A stretch of 32,000 nucleotides of DNA from Pseudomonas phage phiKZ, in sequence record NC_004629.1, one strand, 5' to 3'. The notes below the pieces were generated by a model, which saw only the letters and a list, made by a program, of their open reading frames with translations, did not search any database and was not told the origin of the DNA. A program made the position numbers and the translations under genes. Positions 19,093 through 29,173 of this stretch are shown in pieces. Numbering within the stretch: position 1 is the stretch's first letter; each line of letters begins with the position of its first letter.

Positions 19093-21585
19093 ATGCAGAT
19101 CAAGCTACTTAAGCTAATTGGCTATACTAGGTTGATGGCCAATAATACACATTATTTTGAATGGACTCCAAGCAAACAGATGATGGTTATACTTGGTAGT
19201 AATGGTTCTGGCAAATCATCTATTATTAGTGAACTGACACCTGTTGTATCTAGCAGTTCAAACTTCAAGCAAGGTGGCGAGAAACATTTCCATTGTCATG
19301 CAAATGGTAAAGACTATAAATTAATTTCTAAATATAACCGTGGCACTGGACATCATTCCTTTTTATGTAATGATGAAGAATTAAATAGTGGTCATACCTT
19401 TAAAGAACAAGAAGAACTTGTAATGGCGCATTTCGGGTTAAACCGAGAACTGCATGAAATGTTGACAGGTAAGATGCGTTTTACAAAGTTAAAACCTAAT
19501 GAACGTAAAGCATGGTTAACTAGAATGTCTGTAGTTAACCTTGATTATGCATTTAATGTTTATAACAAAGTACGTAAAGAATTATCTAACCAGCAAGGTA
19601 CTGTTAAAACAATTAATAAGCGATTGGTCACAGAACACCATGGGGTATTGAATGATTCAGAAATGACACAGTTGAAAGAAGTGAAACAACGGTTAGTTAG
19701 TCGTATTGATTTACTTTATAAAACACGTGATAAGAAAGGTGTCCTTCATTTTAGAGATGAAACCACTGCACGTAAAGAATTAGATTCTATCTTAGATGAA
19801 GCTCGTTCATTGTTAATGTCATTTCCAATGTTACCTATTCAAGTTAAAGTAGATGGGTATGAATCTTTCTTAGAACTAAATAATAAGAAGATTGAAGAAT
19901 ATAAATCTATACAAGCAGTTATTGCACGTTTAGTTGAAGAATTAGAAGAATTAAAAAGCTCTAATCCGAATACAGCTGAACGTATGTCTCCAGAAGAAAT
20001 ACAAGAACTTAAGGACAGACATGAACATCATACACGCATTGCTGAAGAAGCTATTAGTAAATATAAGAAGTATACCGGTAGATTTCCTTTGGTTGACATT
20101 TCTGTTAACGGTGATCCATCTGGTAAACTTACTGATCTCTCAGATCGTTGGATCAAACTTCTCACTACATTTCCTAATAATGAGAATGGTTACTTAAGTA
20201 AAGAAACTGCTATTAAAAATGCAGAAAGGCTAAAAGAATTAAAAAGTAAATACTCAACCATGGAAGGCATGTATTTACAAATTAATCAACGCCTAAATTC
20301 ATTTAAGGAATGCGCATCTATTACTTGCCCATCATGCACTCATTCATTTAAACCTGGTGTTAGTGAACAAGATATCACAATAGCAGAAGAGCGCAAAGCT
20401 AAGTTAGATGAAGCGATGGATAGCTGTTCAAATGAGATCAAGGTTCTTGAACAGTACATGACTGACTTCAATGAATATGTAAGTTATGTACATGGCTACG
20501 TTCAATTAACGAAAGAGTATAACGAATTTGATACATTATGGAACTATGTAGCTGAACATGTCGTAATGTATCGCACACCAGCAAAATATATAAATGATGC
20601 ATTAGACTGGCGAGATGCAATGCAGCAACTCATTGTCTCTAAGCAAGCTCATGCGGAAGCTACTTTATTAGCTCAACGACTACGTGTTATTGCTGAGATG
20701 GATCAAGATGCATTAGGGTTCATTAAGGCACGTACAACTGCACTAGAAACTGAAATTAATAATAAAACACATGTAGCAGCTGACTTACAAAGAAAAGCAT
20801 CTCATTTCAATAAAGCTGGTAATGCTATTCGTGAATGGGAAGATAAGTATCATTCTTTTATTGAACGATGGGAGCAGTTTATTAAAAAGATAGTGGATAC
20901 AGCTGATAACTTTGTAGATAAGGCATACCAAGCAGAGATTGATGCTGTTAACTTAGAACTATCTAGTGTGCATAGTCGTTTAAGTGAAATGGAACGTCAT
21001 GAAGAACGTATTAAAGTTTTAGAATCAGAAGTTAACCATGCACAACAAATGGCTACTGATTTAGCTATTCTTGAAAAAGCATTATCACCAAAAAGTGGTA
21101 TTCTTGGTCGCTATTTATTAGGTTTCTTACAAGGAGTAGTTAAACTAGTAAATGCATACATCAATGAGATTTGGACTTATAGGTTAGAAGTATTACCTTC
21201 TAATGTTGACAAAGATGGCATGGATTATAAGTTCCCAATGCATATTGCAGGTGGTGACGTTCAGCCACCGGACATTGAATACGGGTCTGACTCACAATTA
21301 GAGATTGTTGATTTTGCTTTTAGAATGGCTATCTTGAAATTTTTACATCTAGATGACATGCCCCTTTTCTTAGATGAATTTAGCAGGACTTTTGATGAAC
21401 AACATCGAGCCAATGCTATTCCATTCATTAACAGGTTAATTGAAAATGGCATTGTTAATCAAGTGTTCTTCATCAGCCACTTTGAATCAACACACGGTGC
21501 ATTTAACCAAGCTGAATTTATTGTACTTGATCCAGCTAATATTAGTACTCCAGAAGTATTTAATAAAAATCTAGTATTAAAATAA
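19093..21585 (+). CDS. SbcC/Rad50/T4 gp46-like recombination endonuclease subunit, ABC-type SMC ATPase (830 aa)
   Basis: Walker A ILGSNGSGKSS, long coiled coils flanking a CPSC zinc-hook motif, Walker B/D-loop MPLFLDEFSRTFDEQHR. Confidence 0.9.
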   Translation: MQIKLLKLIGYTRLMANNTHYFEWTPSKQMMVILGSNGSGKSSIISELTPVVSSSSNFKQGGEKHFHCHANGKDYKLISKYNRGTGHHSFLCNDEELNSGHTFKEQEELVMAHFGLNRELHEMLTGKMRFTKLKPNERKAWLTRMSVVNLDYAFNVYNKVRKELSNQQGTVKTINKRLVTEHHGVLNDSEMTQLKEVKQRLVSRIDLLYKTRDKKGVLHFRDETTARKELDSILDEARSLLMSFPMLPIQVKVDGYESFLELNNKKIEEYKSIQAVIARLVEELEELKSSNPNTAERMSPEEIQELKDRHEHHTRIAEEAISKYKKYTGRFPLVDISVNGDPSGKLTDLSDRWIKLLTTFPNNENGYLSKETAIKNAERLKELKSKYSTMEGMYLQINQRLNSFKECASITCPSCTHSFKPGVSEQDITIAEERKAKLDEAMDSCSNEIKVLEQYMTDFNEYVSYVHGYVQLTKEYNEFDTLWNYVAEHVVMYRTPAKYINDALDWRDAMQQLIVSKQAHAEATLLAQRLRVIAEMDQDALGFIKARTTALETEINNKTHVAADLQRKASHFNKAGNAIREWEDKYHSFIERWEQFIKKIVDTADNFVDKAYQAEIDAVNLELSSVHSRLSEMERHEERIKVLESEVNHAQQMATDLAILEKALSPKSGILGRYLLGFLQGVVKLVNAYINEIWTYRLEVLPSNVDKDGMDYKFPMHIAGGDVQPPDIEYGSDSQLEIVDFAFRMAILKFLHLDDMPLFLDEFSRTFDEQHRANAIPFINRLIENGIVNQVFFISHFESTHGAFNQAEFIVLDPANISTPEVFNKNLVLK

Positions 21586-21600
21586 TTATAAGCAACATAA

Positions 21601-21621
21601 GCCCTCCCGCAATGGGAGGGC
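21601..21621. terminator. Hairpin gccctccc-gcaat-gggagggc with CATAA/ATTAT flanks
   Basis: Perfect 8-bp stem at a convergent junction. Confidence 0.85.
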
Positions 21622-21627
21622 ATTATA

Positions 21628-21804
21628 TTAGTAACTATCTTTATAAGTGCTATTAAGTGAAACACTTTCAAAACTCTTTTTATTTTTATCAGCCTCAACA
21701 AAGTCTTTACCAACTGATTGTGGTACACCAACTTTCTTAGCAAACTTCTTATCATTGGCTACAGCAGCCATGAAGTTATGTTGTTTTTTACTTTTACTAG
21801 GCAT
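21628..21804 (-). CDS. Small conserved-type phage protein, 58 aa (MPSKSKKQHNFMAAVANDKKFAKKVGVPQSVGKDFVEADKNKKSFESVSLNSTYKDSY)
   Basis: Translated from the minus strand; absent from the ORF track, probably because it is under 60 aa. AGAGGAATATACG-ATG ribosome binding site. The MPSKSKKQHNFMAAVA...GVPQSVGKDF pattern is one I recognise from small proteins of many phages. Confidence 0.8.
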   Translation of the reverse strand: MPSKSKKQHNFMAAVANDKKFAKKVGVPQSVGKDFVEADKNKKSFESVSLNSTYKDSY

Positions 21805-21832
21805 CGTATATTCCTCTAAGTTTTCACAACTA

Positions 21833-21861
21833 CACTAAAAAATAATTAAGATATATATTAC
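21833..21861 (+). promoter_or_regulatory. Promoter-like element CACTAAAAAATAATTAAGATATATATTAC
   Basis: Contains TATATTAC, reported for phiKZ early promoters, and shares an extended match at identical spacing with 22349-22377. Upstream of the gene at 21896. Confidence 0.55.
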
Positions 21862-21895
21862 TACTATGCATACAATATCTTAAGAGGTTAATGAC

Positions 21896-22291
21896 ATGTT
21901 TAATCAACAATATAATCCAAATAGTTCAGCTAAGGTAATGGAGACATTACATGCCTGTGCTAAACTTATTAAGGAAATGTTTTATTATAATGATCAATAT
22001 GTTCAAGTAGAATCGGCTTATACAGATGATCCAATCCAAGCATCCATTGAAACAGTAAATGATGGGTATTACAGATTAGTTATTCAAGACACCACACCAG
22101 ATAGTACGTGGCCAGTGTGGGCAGTTGTTTTTATCAGACAACGTGGTGGAGATATTAAGTGTCTCCATATTATCAATCGTATTACTGGAGTATCTGCAAA
22201 TATAGATACGCAATTCAACTGTGATTCTTTTTACTCTGTTATTGATTTACTATTAGATCATTATCGAGTATTAACTTCGATGGAATACTGA
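21896..22291 (+). CDS. Hypothetical protein (131 aa)
   Basis: AAGAGG ribosome binding site. Flanked by a promoter-like element and a terminator. Confidence 0.75.
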   Translation: MFNQQYNPNSSAKVMETLHACAKLIKEMFYYNDQYVQVESAYTDDPIQASIETVNDGYYRLVIQDTTPDSTWPVWAVVFIRQRGGDIKCLHIINRITGVSANIDTQFNCDSFYSVIDLLLDHYRVLTSMEY

Positions 22292-22302
22292 TATACATAT
22301 TA

Positions 22303-22322
22303 CCCTCTCCTTCGGGAGGGGG
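22303..22322 (+). terminator. Hairpin ccctctcc-ttcg-ggaggggg followed by TTTATATCG
   Basis: 8-bp stem with one G-U pair and a TTCG loop. Confidence 0.8.
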
Positions 22323-22348
22323 TTTATATCGCATTAATTTTTTTATTA

Positions 22349-22377
22349 CACTAAAAAAAGTTTAAGATCTATATTAC
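22349..22377 (+). promoter_or_regulatory. Promoter-like element CACTAAAAAAAGTTTAAGATCTATATTAC
   Basis: Near-identical to 21833-21861, located upstream of the 22433 gene cluster. Confidence 0.55.
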
Positions 22378-22432
22378 AGACATGTATCTATATTGGATAC
22401 TTATTAAAACTTAATGATTAGGAAAATAGAAA

Positions 22433-22639
22433 ATGAAAGTACTAAAGATCGCAGCTGCAATTATCTCAACTGGTGCCCTCGCTGTTGCCGCTATTAATCT
22501 ATATAAGGCCGTTTCTAAATCAACCGTTATTGATGACACCGTAGCTGATGATGATACGGTACTAGACAGTGAAGTAGATATTCTAACTGATGAGCTAGAT
22601 AAAATCGATATTGATGATAGTGCTCAACAAGTCGATTAA
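22433..22639 (+). CDS. Small membrane/exported protein with acidic tail (68 aa)
   Basis: N-terminal hydrophobic segment IAAAIISTGALAVAAINLY, then an Asp-rich tail. AGGAAAATAGAAA-ATG ribosome binding site. Confidence 0.65.
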   Translation: MKVLKIAAAIISTGALAVAAINLYKAVSKSTVIDDTVADDDTVLDSEVDILTDELDKIDIDDSAQQVD

Positions 22640-22657
22640 ATAATAGGGTTATCGCTA

Positions 22658-23086
22658 ATGGCGGCATTCACTTTAGCAAACTTAATGGGTGAGCTAAAGA
22701 AGAGTTCCGTCATTGACTTATTCAACGATGGAAAGGTCAAGGCAGAACTCTATCCAGCTCATATGACATATATGGGTAGTGTGGTTGACTTACATCGTGT
22801 AGGCGATACATTCAGCTTCTATGTTGCAGATGGACATGGAGGCGTCACACGCTATCCATGTAGTAATCAGATTCTTGAATCGATAACATTAGAACCAGAT
22901 GTTTATTATAAGTTAACTGGTAAAAAAGTTATTGAGAAAAGAATTGAATTACCAGCTGTTACAGTACCAATTGAAGAACCCGCTAAGCGCATGCCGCTGG
23001 AAACAATCACATCAGTTGCTGTTATTGGCGGGTTTATTTTGTACGTTGGTACACGGTTTTATAAAGCATGTAAAAAATTAAAATAA
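22658..23086 (+). CDS. Hypothetical protein with C-terminal transmembrane anchor (142 aa)
   Basis: C-terminal ITSVAVIGGFILYVGTRFYKACKKLK, co-directional with neighbours. Confidence 0.65.
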   Translation: MAAFTLANLMGELKKSSVIDLFNDGKVKAELYPAHMTYMGSVVDLHRVGDTFSFYVADGHGGVTRYPCSNQILESITLEPDVYYKLTGKKVIEKRIELPAVTVPIEEPAKRMPLETITSVAVIGGFILYVGTRFYKACKKLK

Positions 23087-23135
23087 TACGGTCATGCAGT
23101 ATACTTTAGGTACAATAACCCTAGAGGAAACTGCA

Positions 23136-23792
23136 ATGGCCGTATTAGACCGTCAATTTAATATTCGTTTAAATGGTGCTGATTTAGATAAACAAAAGCG
23201 AATTATTAAAGAAATTTATACCAGGATTGCAAATGTGAATAACACAGTAATCAATGGTACTACTGTAAGACTGATTTTATTTGTTAAAGCTAATGGCCAA
23301 GTGGCTACTGGAAGCGATGCTATTAAACTAATCAACGATGCAGAAACTAATCTACAGGCGTGGGTTCTTTCTAATCGCTTTATCTTTAAATGGATGTTTA
23401 GCCATGCTAGTGATTTTGGTGCAATCTCTTCCAATTTTGAAGAAGTTTCACCAGGTGTTTATGATTGGAGTAAACGCCGTAGCTTTAATAAAGAATTTGA
23501 TGATGAGCTAGCTAAAGCAAAAGAACGAAAACTAATTCGTCAAAATAAACCTACTCTATTTAAAACTATTAAGAAAGTAGGTAAAGCTGCATATGAAACT
23601 ATTTCAGATAACTCAACTGCAATCGTAAGTTTAACTGCTATTGGACTATTAGCTCTTAAAGTAACATCTGATCATAATCAAGTTATTAACCAAATGAATG
23701 TTATTAAGAAATCAATTGGTAATATTGAGCTACCACCTGTTGAAGTAATCGTAAATACAGTTGGTGATGTATTAGATATCGATTTGTATTAA
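23136..23792 (+). CDS. Hypothetical protein with one C-terminal-half transmembrane segment (218 aa)
   Basis: AGAGGAAACTGCA-ATG ribosome binding site supports the start at 23136 (MAVLDRQF), not the track start at 23094. Hydrophobic STAIVSLTAIGLLAL. Confidence 0.65.
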   Translation: MAVLDRQFNIRLNGADLDKQKRIIKEIYTRIANVNNTVINGTTVRLILFVKANGQVATGSDAIKLINDAETNLQAWVLSNRFIFKWMFSHASDFGAISSNFEEVSPGVYDWSKRRSFNKEFDDELAKAKERKLIRQNKPTLFKTIKKVGKAAYETISDNSTAIVSLTAIGLLALKVTSDHNQVINQMNVIKKSIGNIELPPVEVIVNTVGDVLDIDLY

Positions 23793-23801
23793 GTGCATAA
23801 C

Positions 23802-23822
23802 GCCCTCCCATTACGGGAGGGC
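23802..23822. terminator. Hairpin gccctccc-attac-gggagggc with tail TATATGTCGTT
   Basis: Perfect 8-bp stem at a convergent junction. Confidence 0.85.
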
Positions 23823-23837
23823 TATATGTCGTTAATA

Positions 23838-24353
23838 TCAATCGTTTTCTAATTCTTTTTCTCGCGCAGCATCCATCCGCTCCATAAATGCATTGGATTC
23901 CTCCATGATGATACCGATTTCAGTTTCACCTTCTTCAATAGTGTAATTCTCAAATTCCTCATCAGGAATATCTGGAATCTCACGTGGTGTTGCAGGGACA
24001 TCATTCGGATCACGTATTAATGGATTACGGTTCATTTGCATCTTAACGAATTCAGCAAAGCCTTCAGCAAGTTCACGGTTAGAGCGTGCACCCTCAGAAT
24101 CAACTTGAATACGACGGTTAGCAATTGTTGTCTTATCCATTGAATCTGTTAATTTAAGAATCATATCAACTGATTCTTTATCAGTAGGTACTTTACCAGT
24201 TGTATTTTCTAATACAGCTTTTAGTACTTTCTCTTTAACTGATTGTGTATACCGTATCTGCTGCTCATATTCTAGATCAGCATATACCTTTTCTTCTGTA
24301 GTTGATGATTTCTTTTCTAAAGGCTCATCAGATAAATCTGCACCATGGAACAT
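23838..24353 (-). CDS. Hypothetical acidic phage protein (171 aa)
   Basis: GAGGATAATAAA-ATG ribosome binding site, followed by a shared convergent terminator. Confidence 0.75.
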   Translation of the reverse strand: MFHGADLSDEPLEKKSSTTEEKVYADLEYEQQIRYTQSVKEKVLKAVLENTTGKVPTDKESVDMILKLTDSMDKTTIANRRIQVDSEGARSNRELAEGFAEFVKMQMNRNPLIRDPNDVPATPREIPDIPDEEFENYTIEEGETEIGIIMEESNAFMERMDAAREKELEND

Positions 24354-24432
24354 TTTATTATCCTCTAATTAGTAATAGTAATACCTAACATACTTACCAT
24401 ATGCTAAGTATCTGAAAAATAGGTCCTATATC

Positions 24433-24957
24433 ATGTTTAAGAAACTTATTCAATATTTCCGGGGCTTCCAAAAGGAAGTTGGTAAAGAACAACTTCTAAC
24501 TGAATTAGAACGGATAGATAAAGATATTATTTCAGGTGAAGAACGATTAAAAGCTATTAATAATTTCTGGCAATTAATTAATCTGGATGAATTAAAAACT
24601 CTGACCATCAGGAAGATGATAGGTGTTCCTGTCTATCTAAGACATTACAGTATTGGTTATTTATTAGATGCTCTAACTAGGTTAAATGATCATATTGCAA
24701 ATGAAGATGATCTAAAGATTAGTGAAATGTGTCGTACTGAGTTTATCGACAGGAAATCAATTGACCTTGATGAATATTTTATAAACAGTAATGATAGTTT
24801 TATTGATGTATGTAAATCTATTGAAACTATGCGTGACTTAATTTGGCAACAAACTGAATATCTTGAACAGATTAACCATCAAGCATATCAGCGCCAGATG
24901 GATAGAATGTACTATGATATTATTGAACTATCAAGAGCAATTATTAAGTTACTATGA
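24433..24957 (+). CDS. Hypothetical phage protein (174 aa)
   Basis: ORF divergent from the 24353 gene. Confidence 0.7.
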   Translation: MFKKLIQYFRGFQKEVGKEQLLTELERIDKDIISGEERLKAINNFWQLINLDELKTLTIRKMIGVPVYLRHYSIGYLLDALTRLNDHIANEDDLKISEMCRTEFIDRKSIDLDEYFINSNDSFIDVCKSIETMRDLIWQQTEYLEQINHQAYQRQMDRMYYDIIELSRAIIKLL

Positions 24958-25027
24958 GGTGCAGACTATACAAGTATAAATTAATATAAAGTGTGTTTAT
25001 TATCAATTCACCGTAGGTGTAAAAAAG

Positions 25028-25789
25028 ATGGAATCTGTAAAAGACTTATTAAGCGATCCTCAAAAAGGATTAAGGCAGGCAGAAGGGGTTTTGTGTTATG
25101 TTTTCCGGGAAGTACTACTGTGGCGTAATATGACACAGTTTGCTTGGGATAAACGTTTGAATGCATACTTTCAAAAACCACATAACAAGAATAACCCAGA
25201 TAAAGGTAATCTTAATAAAGCACTTAAAGCTGATACAATGAGTTGGGATGGCTTTAAGAAAGCTATTGATTTCTTATCACCTGTTAAAGCAACATTAGAG
25301 GTACGTCTGATTTGGGGTACATCAAAACCTGATTCAGTTTATACGATCAATATCGATCCAACTGAAGATGAGGTAACTTGCTCTGCAAATGATTTCCCCT
25401 ATGAAGAATGTGAAATTTTTAAGAATCAAAAACCAGCTACAACTACAATGGCCCATCTGTATAGGCATATTCTCTGGAAAGAAGGAATTAACCAGGAGAA
25501 GTGGGATAAGCTATGGGAAGAGTTTTTAAATAATCCAGTCAACCTTGTAGGATTGGATAAAAAGAAACTTACCTCATTGGCTAATACACAAAGGCGTGGT
25601 TTACTATCGCCCAATATGTCTTGGAATACATTAAGACGTGGATTCCTACTACTACGGCCTAAAGAGGAGAGATACACTCTTTCTCTACAATGGACTGATG
25701 ATCCTAATCTTCGAGATAAACTAGAGGACAGTGTGCATATTGTTCCTGTACCTGATCCTCATTGGGTGGAGCCTAATTCAAATGAATAA
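25028..25789 (+). CDS. Hypothetical phage protein (253 aa)
   Basis: Long ORF ending in an ATGAATAA overlap with the next gene. Confidence 0.75.
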   Translation: MESVKDLLSDPQKGLRQAEGVLCYVFREVLLWRNMTQFAWDKRLNAYFQKPHNKNNPDKGNLNKALKADTMSWDGFKKAIDFLSPVKATLEVRLIWGTSKPDSVYTINIDPTEDEVTCSANDFPYEECEIFKNQKPATTTMAHLYRHILWKEGINQEKWDKLWEEFLNNPVNLVGLDKKKLTSLANTQRRGLLSPNMSWNTLRRGFLLLRPKEERYTLSLQWTDDPNLRDKLEDSVHIVPVPDPHWVEPNSNE

Positions 25790-26222
25790 TCCAGAAACCC
25801 CATGGGTACAAAATAATTATCCTGTAGATAGCATCATTGTAGATCAGAGCGGTAATACACCGCTCCCTGATCTATTTCAGTTTAATGGAAAAGAGAAGAA
25901 GACCACACTTGATAATGAGAATTTCTTTTCATTCAAAGGTCTTCGGATGTATCTCATCACTGGTAAAAAAGAAAAGGCTTTTCTTCAACCAGAGGTTAAT
26001 TCCCATTATAAATTAGACTATGGTTTAAAGTATCAATACGTAGATGGACTTACCAATATCCTTCGTGATACCCTATTATTAAATCTTAATAGTCGACCAT
26101 TCGTTTTATTTAAAGCAAAAAGTTTTGGTCCATTAGTTTTATCAGGAGCAAACCTAACCATTCAAGAAAAAGAATGGTTTGAAATTGTTTGTGATGTTAT
26201 TAAATCAATCAAACAGAGATAA
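25782..26222 (+). CDS. Hypothetical phage protein (146 aa)
   Basis: ATG at 25782 (MNNPETPWVQ) overlaps the upstream stop by 8 nt. The track start at 25731 is a GTG with a 59-nt overlap and is less likely. Confidence 0.7.
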   Translation: MNNPETPWVQNNYPVDSIIVDQSGNTPLPDLFQFNGKEKKTTLDNENFFSFKGLRMYLITGKKEKAFLQPEVNSHYKLDYGLKYQYVDGLTNILRDTLLLNLNSRPFVLFKAKSFGPLVLSGANLTIQEKEWFEIVCDVIKSIKQR

Positions 26223-26226
26223 CTTA

Positions 26227-27153
26227 ATGCATACTGAACATAGCCTTAAAATCAGTAAAAAGATTAACTTCCTTGTGCAAGTAGAAGCACGTATTAATGA
26301 ACTATATCAGCAAAGACAAAATATGTCAATTGATCAATTCTCAAAAGAATTTTTCAATGAATCACCTGATGTAGTTAAACAAGCTATCACTGAGCTATAT
26401 ACAACATATCCATTCCAAGATGAAACTAATCCAAAACGGCAAAACCTTCGTTTAGCTATATTTATCCACGATAATGATGTTAGTTGGATTAGTTCAATTC
26501 TAGGCGTAGATGAATTTAATAATGTTTTAAGGCACGCAGATATTTTTTATAATTATGTTAGTAGTTGCGAGACTGTTGTTCAGCGTAATTATTATGCGTC
26601 TTTACCAGATTACCGTGGCTACATGTATGCTATCTATGAAGAGGCATTCAACCGCGTTGCCCCACTAGTCAATAAGTATTTAGATATTGATGCACATGAC
26701 AGTGTTTCATTTTTAGAAACACCCCATGTTCTACCAAAAAAGAGTGTATCTATTAAAGATATTATTGATCCATTTGGTCCATATAAACCTAATTACTGTA
26801 TTAGTGATATTTATAGTGCACAAGCTACACAAGTAACAGAAAATACATATATCGCAGTTAATACATTTATCCGTACTGAGGTATATGAAAGACTATGTGC
26901 TGAAGGCGATACTGTAGATAAGATTGTTATTTCAGATAAACAAAGTATTATTAATGATGAGGATTATATTAAACTAGTCCAAGATAAGATTAATGCATTC
27001 CATAAAGAAATGGTAGATAATGATTTTATACTTTATGCGCCGTTTAATATGTCCAGGTTAATTTATGTAATGAAGGCTAAATATCCGATTAAAGTTACTA
27101 TTAGTTGTAAGGGATTCAAGCATATTGGAAAATTTATTGCTTATAAAAAATAG
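26227..27153 (+). CDS. Hypothetical phage protein (308 aa)
   Basis: ATG at 26227 (MHTEHSLKIS) lies just after the upstream stop, so it is preferred to the track start at 26179. Confidence 0.7.
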   Translation: MHTEHSLKISKKINFLVQVEARINELYQQRQNMSIDQFSKEFFNESPDVVKQAITELYTTYPFQDETNPKRQNLRLAIFIHDNDVSWISSILGVDEFNNVLRHADIFYNYVSSCETVVQRNYYASLPDYRGYMYAIYEEAFNRVAPLVNKYLDIDAHDSVSFLETPHVLPKKSVSIKDIIDPFGPYKPNYCISDIYSAQATQVTENTYIAVNTFIRTEVYERLCAEGDTVDKIVISDKQSIINDEDYIKLVQDKINAFHKEMVDNDFILYAPFNMSRLIYVMKAKYPIKVTISCKGFKHIGKFIAYKK

Positions 27154-27163
27154 TAGTTTTTAA

Positions 27164-28300
<1,137 letters not shown>

Positions 28301-28308
28301 CAGCATAA

Positions 28309-28329
28309 GCCCTCCCATTACGGGAGGGC
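28309..28329. terminator. Hairpin gccctccc-attac-gggagggc with CATAA/ATTATG flanks and a downstream T-rich stretch
   Basis: Perfect 8-bp stem at a convergent junction. Plus strand continues TGTCTTTTTTTTATTTTTAA. Confidence 0.85.
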
Positions 28330-28349
28330 ATTATGTCTTTTTTTTATTT

Positions 28350-29162
28350 TTAACGCATGAAGCCAGGGCGCCTATGTTTAACTGGTGAAATATCCCAGCC
28401 AAGACTTTTCGCTAGATCTGTCACATTGGTGATATCAGAACATTCAAAACCCATGTTAATTTGACGTTCACGTTCACGCTGTACCTGATATAGAGTATCA
28501 GGCGTGATAACCATTAATTGATCTTCATAGTTCTCTAATGCAGGGGAATTCCATTTATTAGCACCGTAAATACCACCTTCCCCAACCATATCCCAAGTTG
28601 AAATCTCACGGGTATATTTGATACCGCGCATAGGATCATCTTGAGTTATTGACCTTACCGAGCAATAAGTATTCTGAGAAGGATTGGTAATAGATGCTTC
28701 GAAGTACTTACCAAAAGGACCGTATGGTTTGCATTTGCCAAGTACTAGTTTAATAGGAAGACCTTTCTCATCTGTAGAATCAACCAGAATAAGTTCCTTA
28801 ATATGCGCACACACACGATCATCATCGATTTGACGAATTCGCATTAGGTACTCATGTTCATTCATCCGTGTGCCATCTTTACGATAGGGTTCAGGGTGTT
28901 TGTATTCCATGAATAGAACACCCTTTTTAACACGGCGCATTAAAGGTGAGTCTGGATTAAACATAGATACGCCGGATGCCATTTCATAGAACATACCAGC
29001 TGAATTTCGGGTACCATAAGCTCCTAGTGGAGTTAGATAGTAACCATCCGCATCAGGTACTAATACACCTTTTTTATTAGTACCGGCTAACATATCACTG
29101 CCGATAACTACTTGGTTATTAGTACGCTGTTGCAAACCAGAAAAATTAGAATATGGTTGCAT
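28350..29162 (-). CDS. Putative prohead maturation protease (T4 gp21 / phiKZ-type serine protease fold) (270 aa)
   Basis: Ordered motif pattern GVLFMEYKHPEP (candidate His), TYCSVRSI (candidate Ser), ISTWDMVGEGG (candidate Asp), with a RIDDDRVCAHIKEL-like middle. CTAAGGAG ribosome binding site. Confidence 0.55.
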   Translation of the reverse strand: MQPYSNFSGLQQRTNNQVVIGSDMLAGTNKKGVLVPDADGYYLTPLGAYGTRNSAGMFYEMASGVSMFNPDSPLMRRVKKGVLFMEYKHPEPYRKDGTRMNEHEYLMRIRQIDDDRVCAHIKELILVDSTDEKGLPIKLVLGKCKPYGPFGKYFEASITNPSQNTYCSVRSITQDDPMRGIKYTREISTWDMVGEGGIYGANKWNSPALENYEDQLMVITPDTLYQVQRERERQINMGFECSDITNVTDLAKSLGWDISPVKHRRPGFMR

Positions 29163-29173
29163 AACGCAACTCC

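Noticed and set aside
21459-21838. Track ORFs 21459..21755 (-) and 21647..21838 (+)
   Set aside because: They overlap the SbcC-like 3' end, the terminator and the better supported 58-aa minus CDS.
24967-24978. TATAC-aa-GTATA inverted repeat upstream of 25028
   Set aside because: Short and AT-rich in an AT-rich gap. Not distinguishable from chance without genome-wide enrichment.
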